64,000 bases of DNA from Alphaproteobacteria bacterium. GTDB taxonomy: Bacteria; Pseudomonadota; Alphaproteobacteria; CACIAM-22H2. This document shows, in pieces, positions 29,741 through 39,513 of this stretch (position 1 is the stretch's first letter; the number at the start of each line of letters is the position of its first letter). Position numbers and translations under genes: made by a program. The stretch covers positions 1,961,048-2,025,047 of the forward strand of contig OZ257155.1 of the NCBI GenBank assembly GCA_965279355.1, written 5' to 3'. The notes under the pieces are model-generated. The model was not told the origin of the DNA. It ran no database searches and worked only from the letters and a program-made list of their open reading frames with translations.

Positions 29741-30178
29741 ATGCGTCGCGCAAAAACCCCGCCCAATGTTCTGTTCACCGCCAACGTGCCGTTCAGCTAT
29801 ACCGACGAACAGCTGGGCCAGCTCTTCGATCCGTTCGGTATCGTGCTGAGCAGCCGCGTCATTCGCGATGCGACGACCGGCCAGTCGCGCGGCTTCGGCT
29901 TTGTCGATCTCGCGACCGACAAGGCCAAGACCAAGGCGATCGAAGCGCTCAACGGCAAGGTCATCGAAGGCCGCAAGATCGAAGTCCGCATCGCGGAGAA
30001 TAAAGAGAAAGAGAAGAAGCCGCGCGCGGCCGGCGCCCGTCCGGCGGCACGTCGCCTCATGCTGGCTGCCGCGGCTGAAACGTCGGGTTACGCCGCGCCG
30101 CAGGCGCCACGTCGCACCGTCGTGGTCGAGCGGCGCAAGCTGACCTCGCGCCCGATCTCCCGCCTCATCACCGGCTGA
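29741..30178 (+). CDS. RRM-type RNA-binding protein with a basic Arg/Ala-rich C-terminal tail
   Basis: 145 aa with RNP-2-like LFTANVPF and RNP-1 RGFGFVDL. A short GC hairpin (cgcgcc-gaca-ggcgcg) follows the stop. Confidence 0.75.
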   Translation: MRRAKTPPNVLFTANVPFSYTDEQLGQLFDPFGIVLSSRVIRDATTGQSRGFGFVDLATDKAKTKAIEALNGKVIEGRKIEVRIAENKEKEKKPRAAGARPAARRLMLAAAAETSGYAAPQAPRRTVVVERRKLTSRPISRLITG

Positions 30179-30355
30179 TCCGCGCCGACAGGCGCGCCAC
30201 CTCACAATTGAACCCTTTAACGCTGGCCCTTTTGAACGGCCGGGCGGGTTAATCCCTGTCCGGCTTTTGCCCTGTTTGTCTTAACGATTCCGGCCAGGAT
30301 TGATGGTACAGTTATTGCTTCTTTTTTGTTCAAGCACTTACTGCATCGGGCTTGC

Positions 30356-31765
30356 ATGCCGGCTTTCGACGAAATGGGGAATGATGGGGAGGTCCGCCCG
30401 CCTTACGCCAATGTGCGTGAGTGGATCGCCGCCACCGAGCCGCAGCTCTTCGAACTGAAACGTCACGAAGCAGAATTCATATTCCGCCGGACCGGCATCA
30501 CCTTCGCGGTTTATTCCGAAGGCGGCGATCGCGAACGACTGATTCCGTTCGACATCATCCCGCGCATCATCGACCGCGCGGAGTGGGAGTTTCTTGAGCG
30601 TGGCCTGCACCAGCGCGTCCGCGCGCTGAATGCCTTCATCGCCGACGTTTACGGCAAGCGCGAATTCATCCAGGCCGGCAAGATCCCGGCCGAGCTCATC
30701 TTCCAGAACCCGAATTTCGTGGTCGAGATGACCGGGCTGTCGGTCGCGCAAAATGCTTATACCCATGTCGTTGGCGTGGATCTTGTGCGCGTCAGCCCAA
30801 TGGAATTCTACGTCCTCGAAGACAACTGCCGCACGCCGTCTGGCGTCTCCTACATGCTAGAAAACCGCGAAGTCATGATGCGGCTCTTTCCTGACCTGTT
30901 CTCGAAGCATCGCGTGCGTCCGGTCTCGCACTATCCTGAAGAGCTGCTCGATACCCTTCGCTCGGTTGCACCGGCGAACTGCAAGGGCGACCCGCAGGTC
31001 GCGCTCCTGACGCCGGGTTCCTACAACAGCGCTTATTACGAGCACACGTTCCTCGCCGACGAGATGGGCATCGAACTCGTCGAGGGTGCCGACCTGTTTG
31101 TTGAGGATCTCGTGGTCTATATGCGTACGACCCGCGGGCCGCAGCGCGTTGACGTCCTCTATCGCCGTATCGATGACGCCTTTATCGATCCGCTGGTCTT
31201 CCGTCCCGATTCAGCGTTGGGCGTGCCGGGGCTGATGGCGGCCTATCGCGCCGGCAACATCACCATCACCAATGCGCCGGGTGCCGGCATAGCCGACGAC
31301 AAGGCCGTCTATACCTACGTCCCCGACATGATTCGCTTCTTCCTCGGCGAAGAGCCGATCCTGCGCAACGTACCGACATGGAAATGCGGCGTGCCGAATG
31401 AATGCGCCTATGTGCTGGAACACCTGCATGAACTGGTCGTGAAGGACGTCCATGGTTCCGGCGGCTACGGCATGCTGGTCGGTCCTCACGCCACTGCCGA
31501 GGAGCGCACCGAATTCGCGTTGCGCATCCGGGCAACCCCGGGCGCCTACATCGCGCAACCGACACTCAGCCTTTCGACCTGCCCCACCTTCGTCAATCAG
31601 GGGATCGCGCCCCGCCATGTCGACCTGCGTCCTTACGTGCTGGTCGGCAAGGATATCTGCACCGTCCCCGGCGGCCTTACGCGCGTGGCGTTGCGCGAAG
31701 GTTCGCTGGTCGTCAATTCCAGCCAGGGCGGCGGCACCAAAGACACCTGGATCCTCGATACCTGA
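30356..31765 (+). CDS. Circularly permuted ATP-grasp (type 2) family protein, with DUF404/DUF407-type architecture
   Basis: About 470 aa. It is the first gene of the conserved operon of ATP-grasp, alpha-E, transglutaminase and Ntn-protease genes. The start could instead be TTG at 30326. Confidence 0.7.
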   Translation: MPAFDEMGNDGEVRPPYANVREWIAATEPQLFELKRHEAEFIFRRTGITFAVYSEGGDRERLIPFDIIPRIIDRAEWEFLERGLHQRVRALNAFIADVYGKREFIQAGKIPAELIFQNPNFVVEMTGLSVAQNAYTHVVGVDLVRVSPMEFYVLEDNCRTPSGVSYMLENREVMMRLFPDLFSKHRVRPVSHYPEELLDTLRSVAPANCKGDPQVALLTPGSYNSAYYEHTFLADEMGIELVEGADLFVEDLVVYMRTTRGPQRVDVLYRRIDDAFIDPLVFRPDSALGVPGLMAAYRAGNITITNAPGAGIADDKAVYTYVPDMIRFFLGEEPILRNVPTWKCGVPNECAYVLEHLHELVVKDVHGSGGYGMLVGPHATAEERTEFALRIRATPGAYIAQPTLSLSTCPTFVNQGIAPRHVDLRPYVLVGKDICTVPGGLTRVALREGSLVVNSSQGGGTKDTWILDT

Positions 31766-31768
31766 GCC

Positions 31769-32710
31769 ATGCTGAGCCGGACCGCTGATAGCCTCTACTG
31801 GCTCGCCCGCTACATCGAACGGGCCGAAAATACCGCGCGCCTTCTCGATGTCGGCATGCGCGTCTCGGCGATGTCATTGCACCCGGAAGGTGCCGGCAGC
31901 GAATGGCATTCGACGATCGTCGCCGCGGGCTGCGAAGAAGGCTTCTACAAGAAATACAAGGTTGCGACCGCGGAAAGCGTGCTCGACTATCTCGGGCGCG
32001 ACCCCGAGAACCCGTCCTCTATCCTGTGCTGCATGGAAACGGCCCGACAGAATTCGCGCGCGGTTCGCACCGCCCTGACCGTCGAAATGTGGGAAGCGGT
32101 GAACTCATCCTGGCTCGAAGCACGCTCGTTCACCGAAGGCGATTTCAGCACAGAACGGATCAGCCGCTTCCTCGACTGGGTGAAACAGCGCTCGCTGCTG
32201 TTCAGCGGCGCGGCCGGCGGCACCATGATGCGGAACGACGCGTACTGGTTCGCGCGGCTCGGCACCTTCATCGAACGGGCCGACAATACGGCCCGTATCC
32301 TCGATGTGAAATACAACGTCCTGCTCCCCCGCTACGAGAGCGTCGGCGGGACCATGGACTATTATCAGTGGACGGCGATCCTGCGCTCGGTGTCGGCCTC
32401 GCGTGCCTATCACTGGGTCTACCGCGACCGCGTGAAGCCGTGGCTGATCGCCGAACTGCTGATCCTGCGCCCTGAAATGCCGCGGTCGCTGATCACCTGC
32501 ATGCGCGAGATCGTGCAATATCTAGATCTGCTGGCAATCGCCTACGGTGAGCGCGGCGAATGCCACCACGTGGCCAGCAGCATCTACGCTAAGCTGGCCG
32601 ACAGCACGACCGACGAAGTGTTCGGCCAGGGGCTGCATGAATTTCTGACCGAATTCATCGATCAGAACACCGCTTTGGCCGGTAAGATCGCCCGCCAGTA
32701 TCTGGCCTAA
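31769..32710 (+). CDS. Alpha-E domain protein (DUF403)
   Basis: 313 aa with N-terminal LSRTADSLYWLARYIERAENTARLLDV, typical of alpha-E proteins partnered with CP ATP-grasp enzymes. Confidence 0.7.
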   Translation: MLSRTADSLYWLARYIERAENTARLLDVGMRVSAMSLHPEGAGSEWHSTIVAAGCEEGFYKKYKVATAESVLDYLGRDPENPSSILCCMETARQNSRAVRTALTVEMWEAVNSSWLEARSFTEGDFSTERISRFLDWVKQRSLLFSGAAGGTMMRNDAYWFARLGTFIERADNTARILDVKYNVLLPRYESVGGTMDYYQWTAILRSVSASRAYHWVYRDRVKPWLIAELLILRPEMPRSLITCMREIVQYLDLLAIAYGERGECHHVASSIYAKLADSTTDEVFGQGLHEFLTEFIDQNTALAGKIARQYLA

Positions 32711-32717
32711 GCCGACA

Positions 32718-33530
32718 ATGCACATCAGTGTCCGCCACACCACCTCGTATAACTACGAGCCTCCCGTCGACTGGACGGTCCAGCTTCTGCGGCTGTGCCC
32801 GACACCGCACGCCGGACAGAAGATTGCCAAATGGACACTGCGTACCGGCGAAGGCGAAGACCTGCCTTCAACCGTCGACGGCTACGGCAACATTGTCCAT
32901 CTTCTCAGCATTCATCGGCCGCACGACAATGTAATTGTAATCGCTGCAGGCGAGGTCGAAACAACCAATACACATGGCGTCCTCAAGGGGACCCATGAGG
33001 TTCTGCCGACGGCCTATTATCTGCGCACGACGGAGCTCACACAGGCCGACGAGGACATCCGTGCCATTGAGGCGTCGCTGGCGCGCAAGAGCCGCCTTAG
33101 CATGCTTCATCAGATGATGGCGACGATCACCCAGCGCGTCGCCTTCGTGGTCGGCAGCACCGAAGTCGATACGCCGGCAGCAGAGGCGCTCAAACGCGGC
33201 GAAGGGGTCTGCCAGGATCACGCGCATATCTTCATCACCGGCGCGCGCCTGCTTGGCTGCCCGGCACGCTATGTCAGCGGTTACCTCTGGGACGGCGACG
33301 ACAGTCATTCAAGCGTCGCCAGCCATGCCTGGGCGGAAGCCTATGTCGAGGATCTGGGCTGGGTCGGCTTCGATCCCGCCAACGGAATCTGCCCTACGGA
33401 GGCCTATATCCGCGTCGCGACGGGCCTGGACTATCGCGAGGCTGCGCCGGTCCGCGGCGTGCGGCGGGGAATCGTCAATGAAACCCTTGCCGTGGAGGTC
33501 GATGTCCAGCAGGTTCAGGCCCAGCAATAA
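32718..33530 (+). CDS. Transglutaminase-like family protein (bacterial TGase N-terminal domain plus a papain-like core)
   Basis: 270 aa. The catalytic Cys context GVCQDHAHIF and the downstream His/Asp are present. Confidence 0.7.
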   Translation: MHISVRHTTSYNYEPPVDWTVQLLRLCPTPHAGQKIAKWTLRTGEGEDLPSTVDGYGNIVHLLSIHRPHDNVIVIAAGEVETTNTHGVLKGTHEVLPTAYYLRTTELTQADEDIRAIEASLARKSRLSMLHQMMATITQRVAFVVGSTEVDTPAAEALKRGEGVCQDHAHIFITGARLLGCPARYVSGYLWDGDDSHSSVASHAWAEAYVEDLGWVGFDPANGICPTEAYIRVATGLDYREAAPVRGVRRGIVNETLAVEVDVQQVQAQQ

Positions 33531-33557
33531 GGGTTCGGACGAGTCGGGGATGCGCCT

Positions 33558-34295
33558 ATGACGTACTGCGTCGGTCTACGCCTGCGCGACGGTCTTGTGA
33601 TGCTGTCGGACACCCGCACCAATGCGGGCGTCGACAACATCGCCACTTTCACCAAAATGCATGTGGTAGACGTGCCCGGCGAGCGGACCTTCTGCCTGCT
33701 GACGGCCGGTAATCTCGCGGTCACGCAGGCGGTCGTGCATCGCGTCGCCGAGCGGGATGGCGGCGATCCCTCCAGGGAAGTCGACACGCTTTACTCCGTT
33801 CCGACAATGTTCCGCGCGGCTGAACTGGTCGGAAAGGCAATCCGGGAGCAGTACGATTTTCTCCAGGATGCCATGAAGCAGCAGAATTTCGGCTTCGATG
33901 CGTCGATGCTGCTGGGCGGCCAGATCAAAGGCCAGGAAATGCGGCTCTACCAGATCTATGCCGCCGGCAATTTCATCGAGGCAACGACCGACACGCCGTA
34001 TCTGCAGATCGGCGAGCATAAATATGGCAAGCCGATCCTCGATCGCGCCGCCAGCTACGACACGCCGCTGGACGGCGGCATCAAACTGGCGCTGGTGTCG
34101 ATGGATTCAACCCTGCGGTCGAACCTGACTGTCGGCCTGCCGATGGATTTGTTCGCATACAAGCGCGACGCACTGAAGACGGAACTGCACCGGCGCATCA
34201 CCGAGGATGACAAATATTTTCGCCAGCTGCGCGAGCACTGGTCAGTGGCGCTGCGGGAGGCCTATCGCGCCTTCCCGCCACCCGACTGGACCTGA
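33558..34295 (+). CDS. Proteasome-type (Ntn hydrolase, T1-like) protease associated with the ATP-grasp/alpha-E/transglutaminase system
   Basis: 245 aa. It begins MTYCVGLRLRDGLVMLSDTRTNAG; the Thr after the initiator Met would be the candidate Ntn nucleophile. Confidence 0.65.
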   Translation: MTYCVGLRLRDGLVMLSDTRTNAGVDNIATFTKMHVVDVPGERTFCLLTAGNLAVTQAVVHRVAERDGGDPSREVDTLYSVPTMFRAAELVGKAIREQYDFLQDAMKQQNFGFDASMLLGGQIKGQEMRLYQIYAAGNFIEATTDTPYLQIGEHKYGKPILDRAASYDTPLDGGIKLALVSMDSTLRSNLTVGLPMDLFAYKRDALKTELHRRITEDDKYFRQLREHWSVALREAYRAFPPPDWT

Positions 34296-34348
34296 GACCG
34301 ACCTTCTCGGCGCGCTTACCGGTCTGCGTCACAACGGAAAAATTGGTT

Positions 34349-34846
34349 TCAGGCTTCGCAAAGGAAGACGCAGAGGTCAGTCTCCGGTGGCTTTATGCCG
34401 AAATCAAAGAACATCTGGCTTACCCAGCCGCGATGATACGTCTTGTGATTGACGATATGCAGAAACATGCCCCCGCGTGTCATTTCCCCCGCCTTGCCTG
34501 AAACAAAATTGAATTGCAGGCGACGGGCGAGACTCTCCGGATCCTGCGCTTGGGCCCAATCGATATACCACCGATTGATCTCGGACTGCTCCTTCACGAG
34601 TTCCCCAAGATCGGGGTGCAGCACGTCGCGGCGTGTCGAGAACCCGTGCTTCTCGCCCAACAAATGGGCGCGCCAGATCAGATCGACCTGATAGTTGTGA
34701 TTGAGCGTGCCAATCATGGAGCCGAATAACGTCGAACTCGTCTGATACGCTGCGCCGTCCGGCAAGGCCGCCATGGCTTTGAACAAAACCTGATCTGCCC
34801 AGTCGCTGTACCGGGCGAGCATCACGGCGGTCTCTTTAGTCATCAT
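34349..34846 (-). CDS. DinB/YfiT-like (DinB_2) putative metal-dependent hydrolase
   Basis: 165 aa four-helix-bundle DinB family protein with H..H..H spacing. It is the last gene of the minus-strand transporter operon. Confidence 0.55.
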   Translation of the reverse strand: MMTKETAVMLARYSDWADQVLFKAMAALPDGAAYQTSSTLFGSMIGTLNHNYQVDLIWRAHLLGEKHGFSTRRDVLHPDLGELVKEQSEINRWYIDWAQAQDPESLARRLQFNFVSGKAGEMTRGGMFLHIVNHKTYHRGWVSQMFFDFGIKPPETDLCVFLCEA

Positions 34847-34904
34847 GCTATCGCACTGAGGAACGAAGGCGGCGCCCTCGCCGCCTTCCGCTATCGGACC
34901 GGGC

Positions 34905-35855
34905 TTACAGTCCGGTCTTCTCGACTTCCTCGACGAACTTCGTCACTACGAAGTCTTCGGTCGGCATCTTGCGGATCATCTTGTTTTCCATCATCAGCTT
35001 ACCGAAGGCGTCGACACGCTTGAGGAAGGCCGCATCCATCTTCCACTCGGTGTTGATGTTCTTGATGGCAGCCCGGAAGAATTCCGGCTTCAGACCGAAG
35101 GTCGTCACGCCATCCTTTTCCCAGGCATCGTGATTCTTCTTCAGGAATTCCGTCGCGCGCGCATGCGTGCGAACGAAATCCAGCGCCATCTTTGGATCCT
35201 TCTTGATCGACGCCTCGTTCGCCATCATGGCGGTCACGAGATCGCCCGTCGGCGTGCCGTAGGGATATTCGACAAGTTGTCCGGTGCCGTCGAGCAGGCT
35301 CATGCTGGAGCCGGGCTCGGTTCCGACATAGGCGTCGAGATCGCCGCGGGCCAAAGCCGCATACATTTCACCGAGGCCGAGGCGGATCGGCTGAATATCG
35401 GAAAGACTCATTTTCTCCTGCTTCAGGCGCTCGGCAATCACGAGCTCCTGTGTAGAGCCTGGCTGGATACCGACCTTTTTGCCCTTGAGATCGGCCAGCG
35501 ACTTCATGGTGCTGCCACCCTTGGCAATCACCGCCATGGAGCCGCCGGTAAGGTTGGCCACGATGACAACCGGCTCACCGGCCGCGTTACCGAGAATCGC
35601 TGCAAACACACCGCCCAGCGCGAAATCCGCCGAGCCCGTCGCGACGGCGTTCTTTGCGTCCGCCGGTGTGTTCACGTAGACGATGTCGAATTTGTAACCG
35701 GCCGGCGCCAGTTCCTGATAGTGCAGCGCGTGTGCATTGCCGACGAGTTTCAGAACCGCGACCTTGATCGTTTTTTCCTGGGCCACTGTGGGTCCGGCAG
35801 TGAGAGCCAATGCGGCTGCGGCAAGTACGCCCGTAACAGTGCGACGGCTGATCAT
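34905..35855 (-). CDS. ABC transporter substrate-binding protein, NMT1/THI5-like (paralog of 37545..38504)
   Basis: 316 aa with a signal peptide. It is similar to the binding protein at 37545. Confidence 0.75.
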   Translation of the reverse strand: MISRRTVTGVLAAAALALTAGPTVAQEKTIKVAVLKLVGNAHALHYQELAPAGYKFDIVYVNTPADAKNAVATGSADFALGGVFAAILGNAAGEPVVIVANLTGGSMAVIAKGGSTMKSLADLKGKKVGIQPGSTQELVIAERLKQEKMSLSDIQPIRLGLGEMYAALARGDLDAYVGTEPGSSMSLLDGTGQLVEYPYGTPTGDLVTAMMANEASIKKDPKMALDFVRTHARATEFLKKNHDAWEKDGVTTFGLKPEFFRAAIKNINTEWKMDAAFLKRVDAFGKLMMENKMIRKMPTEDFVVTKFVEEVEKTGL

Positions 35856-35873
35856 TCAGAGGATTCCTTCCGG

Positions 35874-36650
35874 TCAGGCCGCCTTGCGGCCGTGGTGGCT
35901 GTGCAGCTTGGAGCCAAGCATGCGGCGGATTTCGTTGAAGTCGGGCGCCGAGACGTCGCGCGGGCGCTGCAAGGTCACCCGGTAATCGTTTTCGATCTTG
36001 CCCGGCGAGGGCGTCATGACCACCACGCGGTCGGAGAGGTAGATCGCCTCTTCGATGGAATGCGTGACGAAGATTACGGTGAGGCCGGTGCGCTGCCAGA
36101 TATCCAGCAGTTCTTCCTGCAGACGCTCACGTGTGAGGGCGTCCAGCGCGCCGAACGGCTCGTCCATCAGCAGCATGTCGGCGTCGTTAGCCAGCACACG
36201 GGCAATCGCCACGCGCTGCTTCATGCCGCCGGAAAGCTGATGCGGATAGGCATCGGCAAATTTGCGCAGTCCCACGATGTCGATGAAACCTTCGACCTTC
36301 TCACGGATCTCGCTCTTGGGACGGCTACGTTCGGTCGGACCGAAAGCGATGTTGTCGCGGACGCTGAGCCAGGGAAACAATACGTAGTCCTGGAACACCA
36401 TGCCGCGGTCGGGACCGGGCTCGGTGACGGCCTTGCCCCAGATCTTCGCAACACCGGATGTTGCCGTCTCGAAGCCGGCCACGATGCGCAGGAGGGTCGA
36501 TTTTCCGCAGCCGGACGCGCCGATCAGGCAGACGAACTCGCCCTTGTTGATGGTCAGGTTGACGTCGCGCAGCGCGTGAATATGCGTGCCGTTGAGCTCA
36601 AATTCCTTCGAGAGGTGTTCGACCTGGAGGATGGGCTGTGTCGTGCTCAT
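35874..36650 (-). CDS. ABC transporter ATP-binding protein
   Basis: Walker A GASGCGKST, signature LSGGMKQR, Walker B LLMDEPF. Confidence 0.85.
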   Translation of the reverse strand: MSTTQPILQVEHLSKEFELNGTHIHALRDVNLTINKGEFVCLIGASGCGKSTLLRIVAGFETATSGVAKIWGKAVTEPGPDRGMVFQDYVLFPWLSVRDNIAFGPTERSRPKSEIREKVEGFIDIVGLRKFADAYPHQLSGGMKQRVAIARVLANDADMLLMDEPFGALDALTRERLQEELLDIWQRTGLTVIFVTHSIEEAIYLSDRVVVMTPSPGKIENDYRVTLQRPRDVSAPDFNEIRRMLGSKLHSHHGRKAA

Positions 36651-36654
36651 GGCG

Positions 36655-37503
36655 TCACCGGCTGTGTTGGGGGCTCCAGCTCAGCATGCGGCTGCTGAAC
36701 TGGGTGATCAGCTTGTCCGAGAGGAACCCGGCGATGCCGATGACGATCATCCCGCAGATGACAAGGTCGGTTCGCGAGAGCGTCCGGGCATCCATGATGA
36801 CGGCGCCGAGGCCCTGCGGCACGCCGGTCATCTCGCCGACGACGATCACCATCCACGCGAAACCATGCCCGAGGCGAAGGCCGGTGAAGATGCTGGGCAG
36901 AGCCGCGGGCAGCACAACGCGACGAAACACGTTGGTGCCCTGGCAACCGAGCATGGCAGCTGCCTCAAATAGCTTGGGATCGACATTGCGGACGCCGAAC
37001 ACGGTATTGAGCAGGATCGGGAAAAACGCGCCGAGAAAGACCAGCGAGAACGCGGATGTCCCGCCAAGGCCAAACAGAATCATGGAGAGCGGCAGCCAGG
37101 CCGTCACCGGGATCGGCCGAAGCATCTGCAGTGTCGGATCGAGGAGTTGACGGGCGAGAAGAACCCGACCGATCAGCAGTCCGAGCGGCACGGCAACCAT
37201 CGTCGCCAGCAGGAAGCCGCCATAAACCCGCGACAGCGACATAATGAGATGGATATGCAAGGTCCGGCTGAAGGCATCGTCCCAGATGCCGCCAACCGCG
37301 AAGTCCCACATCATTATCGCCACTTCGGTTGGTGGCGGGATGAGGCGGCTCTTGGTGTACATCACCGCCAATTGCCAGAACACGACAAAGAGAACCGGGA
37401 CGATCATCGCCAGCAGCGTCGGCCGCAGACGCGTCATCAGGGGAACAGCCGGAGCCGCGGCGGCCGGTGTGGTGGCGGTTCCGGATGTTCCGATCGTTGC
37501 CAT
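36655..37503 (-). CDS. ABC transporter permease
   Basis: 282 aa polytopic membrane protein of the SsuC/TauC-like permease family. Confidence 0.8.
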   Translation of the reverse strand: MATIGTSGTATTPAAAAPAVPLMTRLRPTLLAMIVPVLFVVFWQLAVMYTKSRLIPPPTEVAIMMWDFAVGGIWDDAFSRTLHIHLIMSLSRVYGGFLLATMVAVPLGLLIGRVLLARQLLDPTLQMLRPIPVTAWLPLSMILFGLGGTSAFSLVFLGAFFPILLNTVFGVRNVDPKLFEAAAMLGCQGTNVFRRVVLPAALPSIFTGLRLGHGFAWMVIVVGEMTGVPQGLGAVIMDARTLSRTDLVICGMIVIGIAGFLSDKLITQFSSRMLSWSPQHSR

Positions 37504-37544
37504 TCTCTATTCCTGTGCTCTGAAGCCGATACGGGCGCCTGCCC

Positions 37545-38504
37545 TCAGACGGCGCCCTTCGCCACCTCGTCGTTGAACTTCGGATTGAGGAAGACCGCAA
37601 AGTCCGGCAGTGCGCGAATCTGCTTCAGCTCCAGCATCTGCTGGGCATAGGTCTTGGTACGCGTGATCATCGTCTCGTCCATGCGCCAGGTCAGCTCGAC
37701 ATTGCCAACGGCCTTCTCCAGGGCCGGGCGCTGGGCGCCAAGCTTGGCCATCGCCATGGTGATCTTCTCTTCCCTGCTACCCTGGGCATGTTCGGTTGCC
37801 TGGCGGTGCATCTTCAGGAAGGCGCGGATGAGGTCAGGGTTGTCCTTGGTCATGCGCTCGTGCGTGCAGGTCACCATGTTGAGCGAGCCCATCGCGGTCG
37901 AATATGGATACTCGACCAGCTTGCCTTCGCCGGTGGCGAGGCTCAGGCCCGGTGTCGGCTCGGCGCCGACATAGGCGTCGACGTCACCGCGAACCAGCGC
38001 GGTATGCATTTCGCCGAACGGCACGCGGACTGGCGTGATGTCCTTGACCGACAGACCTTCCATGCGCAGGCGCTCCATGATGAAGACTTCCTGCGTCGAG
38101 CCCGGCCAGATCGCGACTTTATGGCCCTTGAGATCCTTGATCGAAGAGATGGCCACGCTGCTCTTGGCAATCACCCCCATGCCGCCGTTGCAGGCGCCGG
38201 CAATCACGACAACCGGCTCGCCGGCCGCGCCGCCGAGGATCGCCGCCGCGGCGCCGAACATGCCGAAATCGACCGAGCGCGTGACGACCGCGTTCTTGCC
38301 GTCGGTCGGGCTGTCGAAGGTGGTGACTTCGATCTTGTAACCGGGGATCGCGAACTTCTCGTAGAAGTGCGGCGTGATGGAGTGGATGAGGCGAAGACCG
38401 CCGATCTTCAGAACCTTCTCCTGAGCACGGCCGATGGACGGTGCAGCGAGAATTGCGGAGGCGCCGGCGGCACCGGCGAGCAGATGACGGCGTGAAATCT
38501 TCAT
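37545..38504 (-). CDS. ABC transporter substrate-binding protein, NMT1/THI5-like
   Basis: The start is placed at MKISRRHLLAGAAGASAILAAPSIGRA, which reads as a Tat-like signal. It is internal to the longer track ORF. Confidence 0.75.
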   Translation of the reverse strand: MKISRRHLLAGAAGASAILAAPSIGRAQEKVLKIGGLRLIHSITPHFYEKFAIPGYKIEVTTFDSPTDGKNAVVTRSVDFGMFGAAAAILGGAAGEPVVVIAGACNGGMGVIAKSSVAISSIKDLKGHKVAIWPGSTQEVFIMERLRMEGLSVKDITPVRVPFGEMHTALVRGDVDAYVGAEPTPGLSLATGEGKLVEYPYSTAMGSLNMVTCTHERMTKDNPDLIRAFLKMHRQATEHAQGSREEKITMAMAKLGAQRPALEKAVGNVELTWRMDETMITRTKTYAQQMLELKQIRALPDFAVFLNPKFNDEVAKGAV

Positions 38505-38593
38505 GGGGACCTCTCCTGGGGAACTGGGTTGTTTGGAGGAGAGAACAGCAACCGTCGTGCCAAGCCTGCCTTGCCGAAAAATCAACGGAATCC

Positions 38594-38613
38594 GTATGCA
38601 TTTATGTATGCAA
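38594..38613. promoter_or_regulatory. Candidate operator (inverted/direct repeat) in the divergent region between the GntR gene and the transporter operon
   Basis: gtatgcatttatgtatgcaat contains tgcat-N6-atgca and a gtatgca direct repeat, in an AT-rich stretch. Confidence 0.25.
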
Positions 38614-38727
38614 TTCCTTATTAATGGTCATTCATTAGGCAATTGCGCGATTTCGATCCGCTAGCCGAGGCAGACGGGCGGAAAATCGGCTGAATCGCGC
38701 GGCGCGGCTTTTGCTGTAGAGGTCGCC

Positions 38728-39435
38728 ATGAGTTTGGATCGCCCATCTGCCTCCATTGCCCGTGTCGATCCCCGGACCCGCGCCGAGGAGATTCGCGCCC
38801 GACTGGCGGATGACATCGCGCATGGCCGGCTGGCGCCCGGCGTACCGCTGGAGGAAACGGAGCTGGCGCAGCGCTTCGGTGTCTCGCGCACTCCCGTGCG
38901 GGAAGCCATCCGTCAGCTGGAAGCGATCGGCCTCGCCGTCGCGCGGCCCCATCGGGGTGCCGTCGTCGCCGCCGTCACGGCGGAACGGCTGGATGAAATG
39001 TTCACGGTGTTGGGCGAGCTGGAAGCCGTCTGCGGACGCGAATGCGCCGCGCGCATGAGCCGCGAGGAGCGCCGGACGTTAGAAAACCTGCATCGCGAGA
39101 TGGGCGACGGGGTCAGTCGCGGCGATCCCGATGCCTATGCGCATCTGAATGACCGTTTCCACGAGACGATCGCCAGCGGCAGCCACAATACATTCCTGAT
39201 CGAGATGACCGCCGCCGTGCGCAGTCGGCTCGTTCCCTTCCGGCAGGCGCAGTTCCATGCGTCACTGCAGCGCCTCTCCCATTCCTGGGCCGAGCATAAC
39301 CAGGTCGTGCAGGCGATCCTGCGGGGCGACGGTACGGGTGCCGCTGAAGCAATGCGTCATCATGTCCGCACCTCCCGCCGCTCCTACGATGTCGTCGCGG
39401 CCCGCCCCGGCAACACCTCGCTCAATGAACGCTAG
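38728..39435 (+). CDS. GntR-family transcriptional regulator (FadR/FCD subfamily)
   Basis: 235 aa with an N-terminal winged HTH (ELAQRFGVSRTPVREAIRQLE) and a C-terminal FCD-like helical domain. Confidence 0.8.
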   Translation: MSLDRPSASIARVDPRTRAEEIRARLADDIAHGRLAPGVPLEETELAQRFGVSRTPVREAIRQLEAIGLAVARPHRGAVVAAVTAERLDEMFTVLGELEAVCGRECAARMSREERRTLENLHREMGDGVSRGDPDAYAHLNDRFHETIASGSHNTFLIEMTAAVRSRLVPFRQAQFHASLQRLSHSWAEHNQVVQAILRGDGTGAAEAMRHHVRTSRRSYDVVAARPGNTSLNER

Positions 39436-39513
39436 GCCGGTGTCCTACCACCTGCTAGCCGATCGGCAATCCGCTTTCGTCATCACCAGCACAACAGCTT
39501 ACGGGCCCACCTT

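Noticed and set aside
35130-36698. 522-aa plus-strand ORF
   Set aside because: It is antisense to the binding-protein and ABC ATPase genes, and no motif was recognised.
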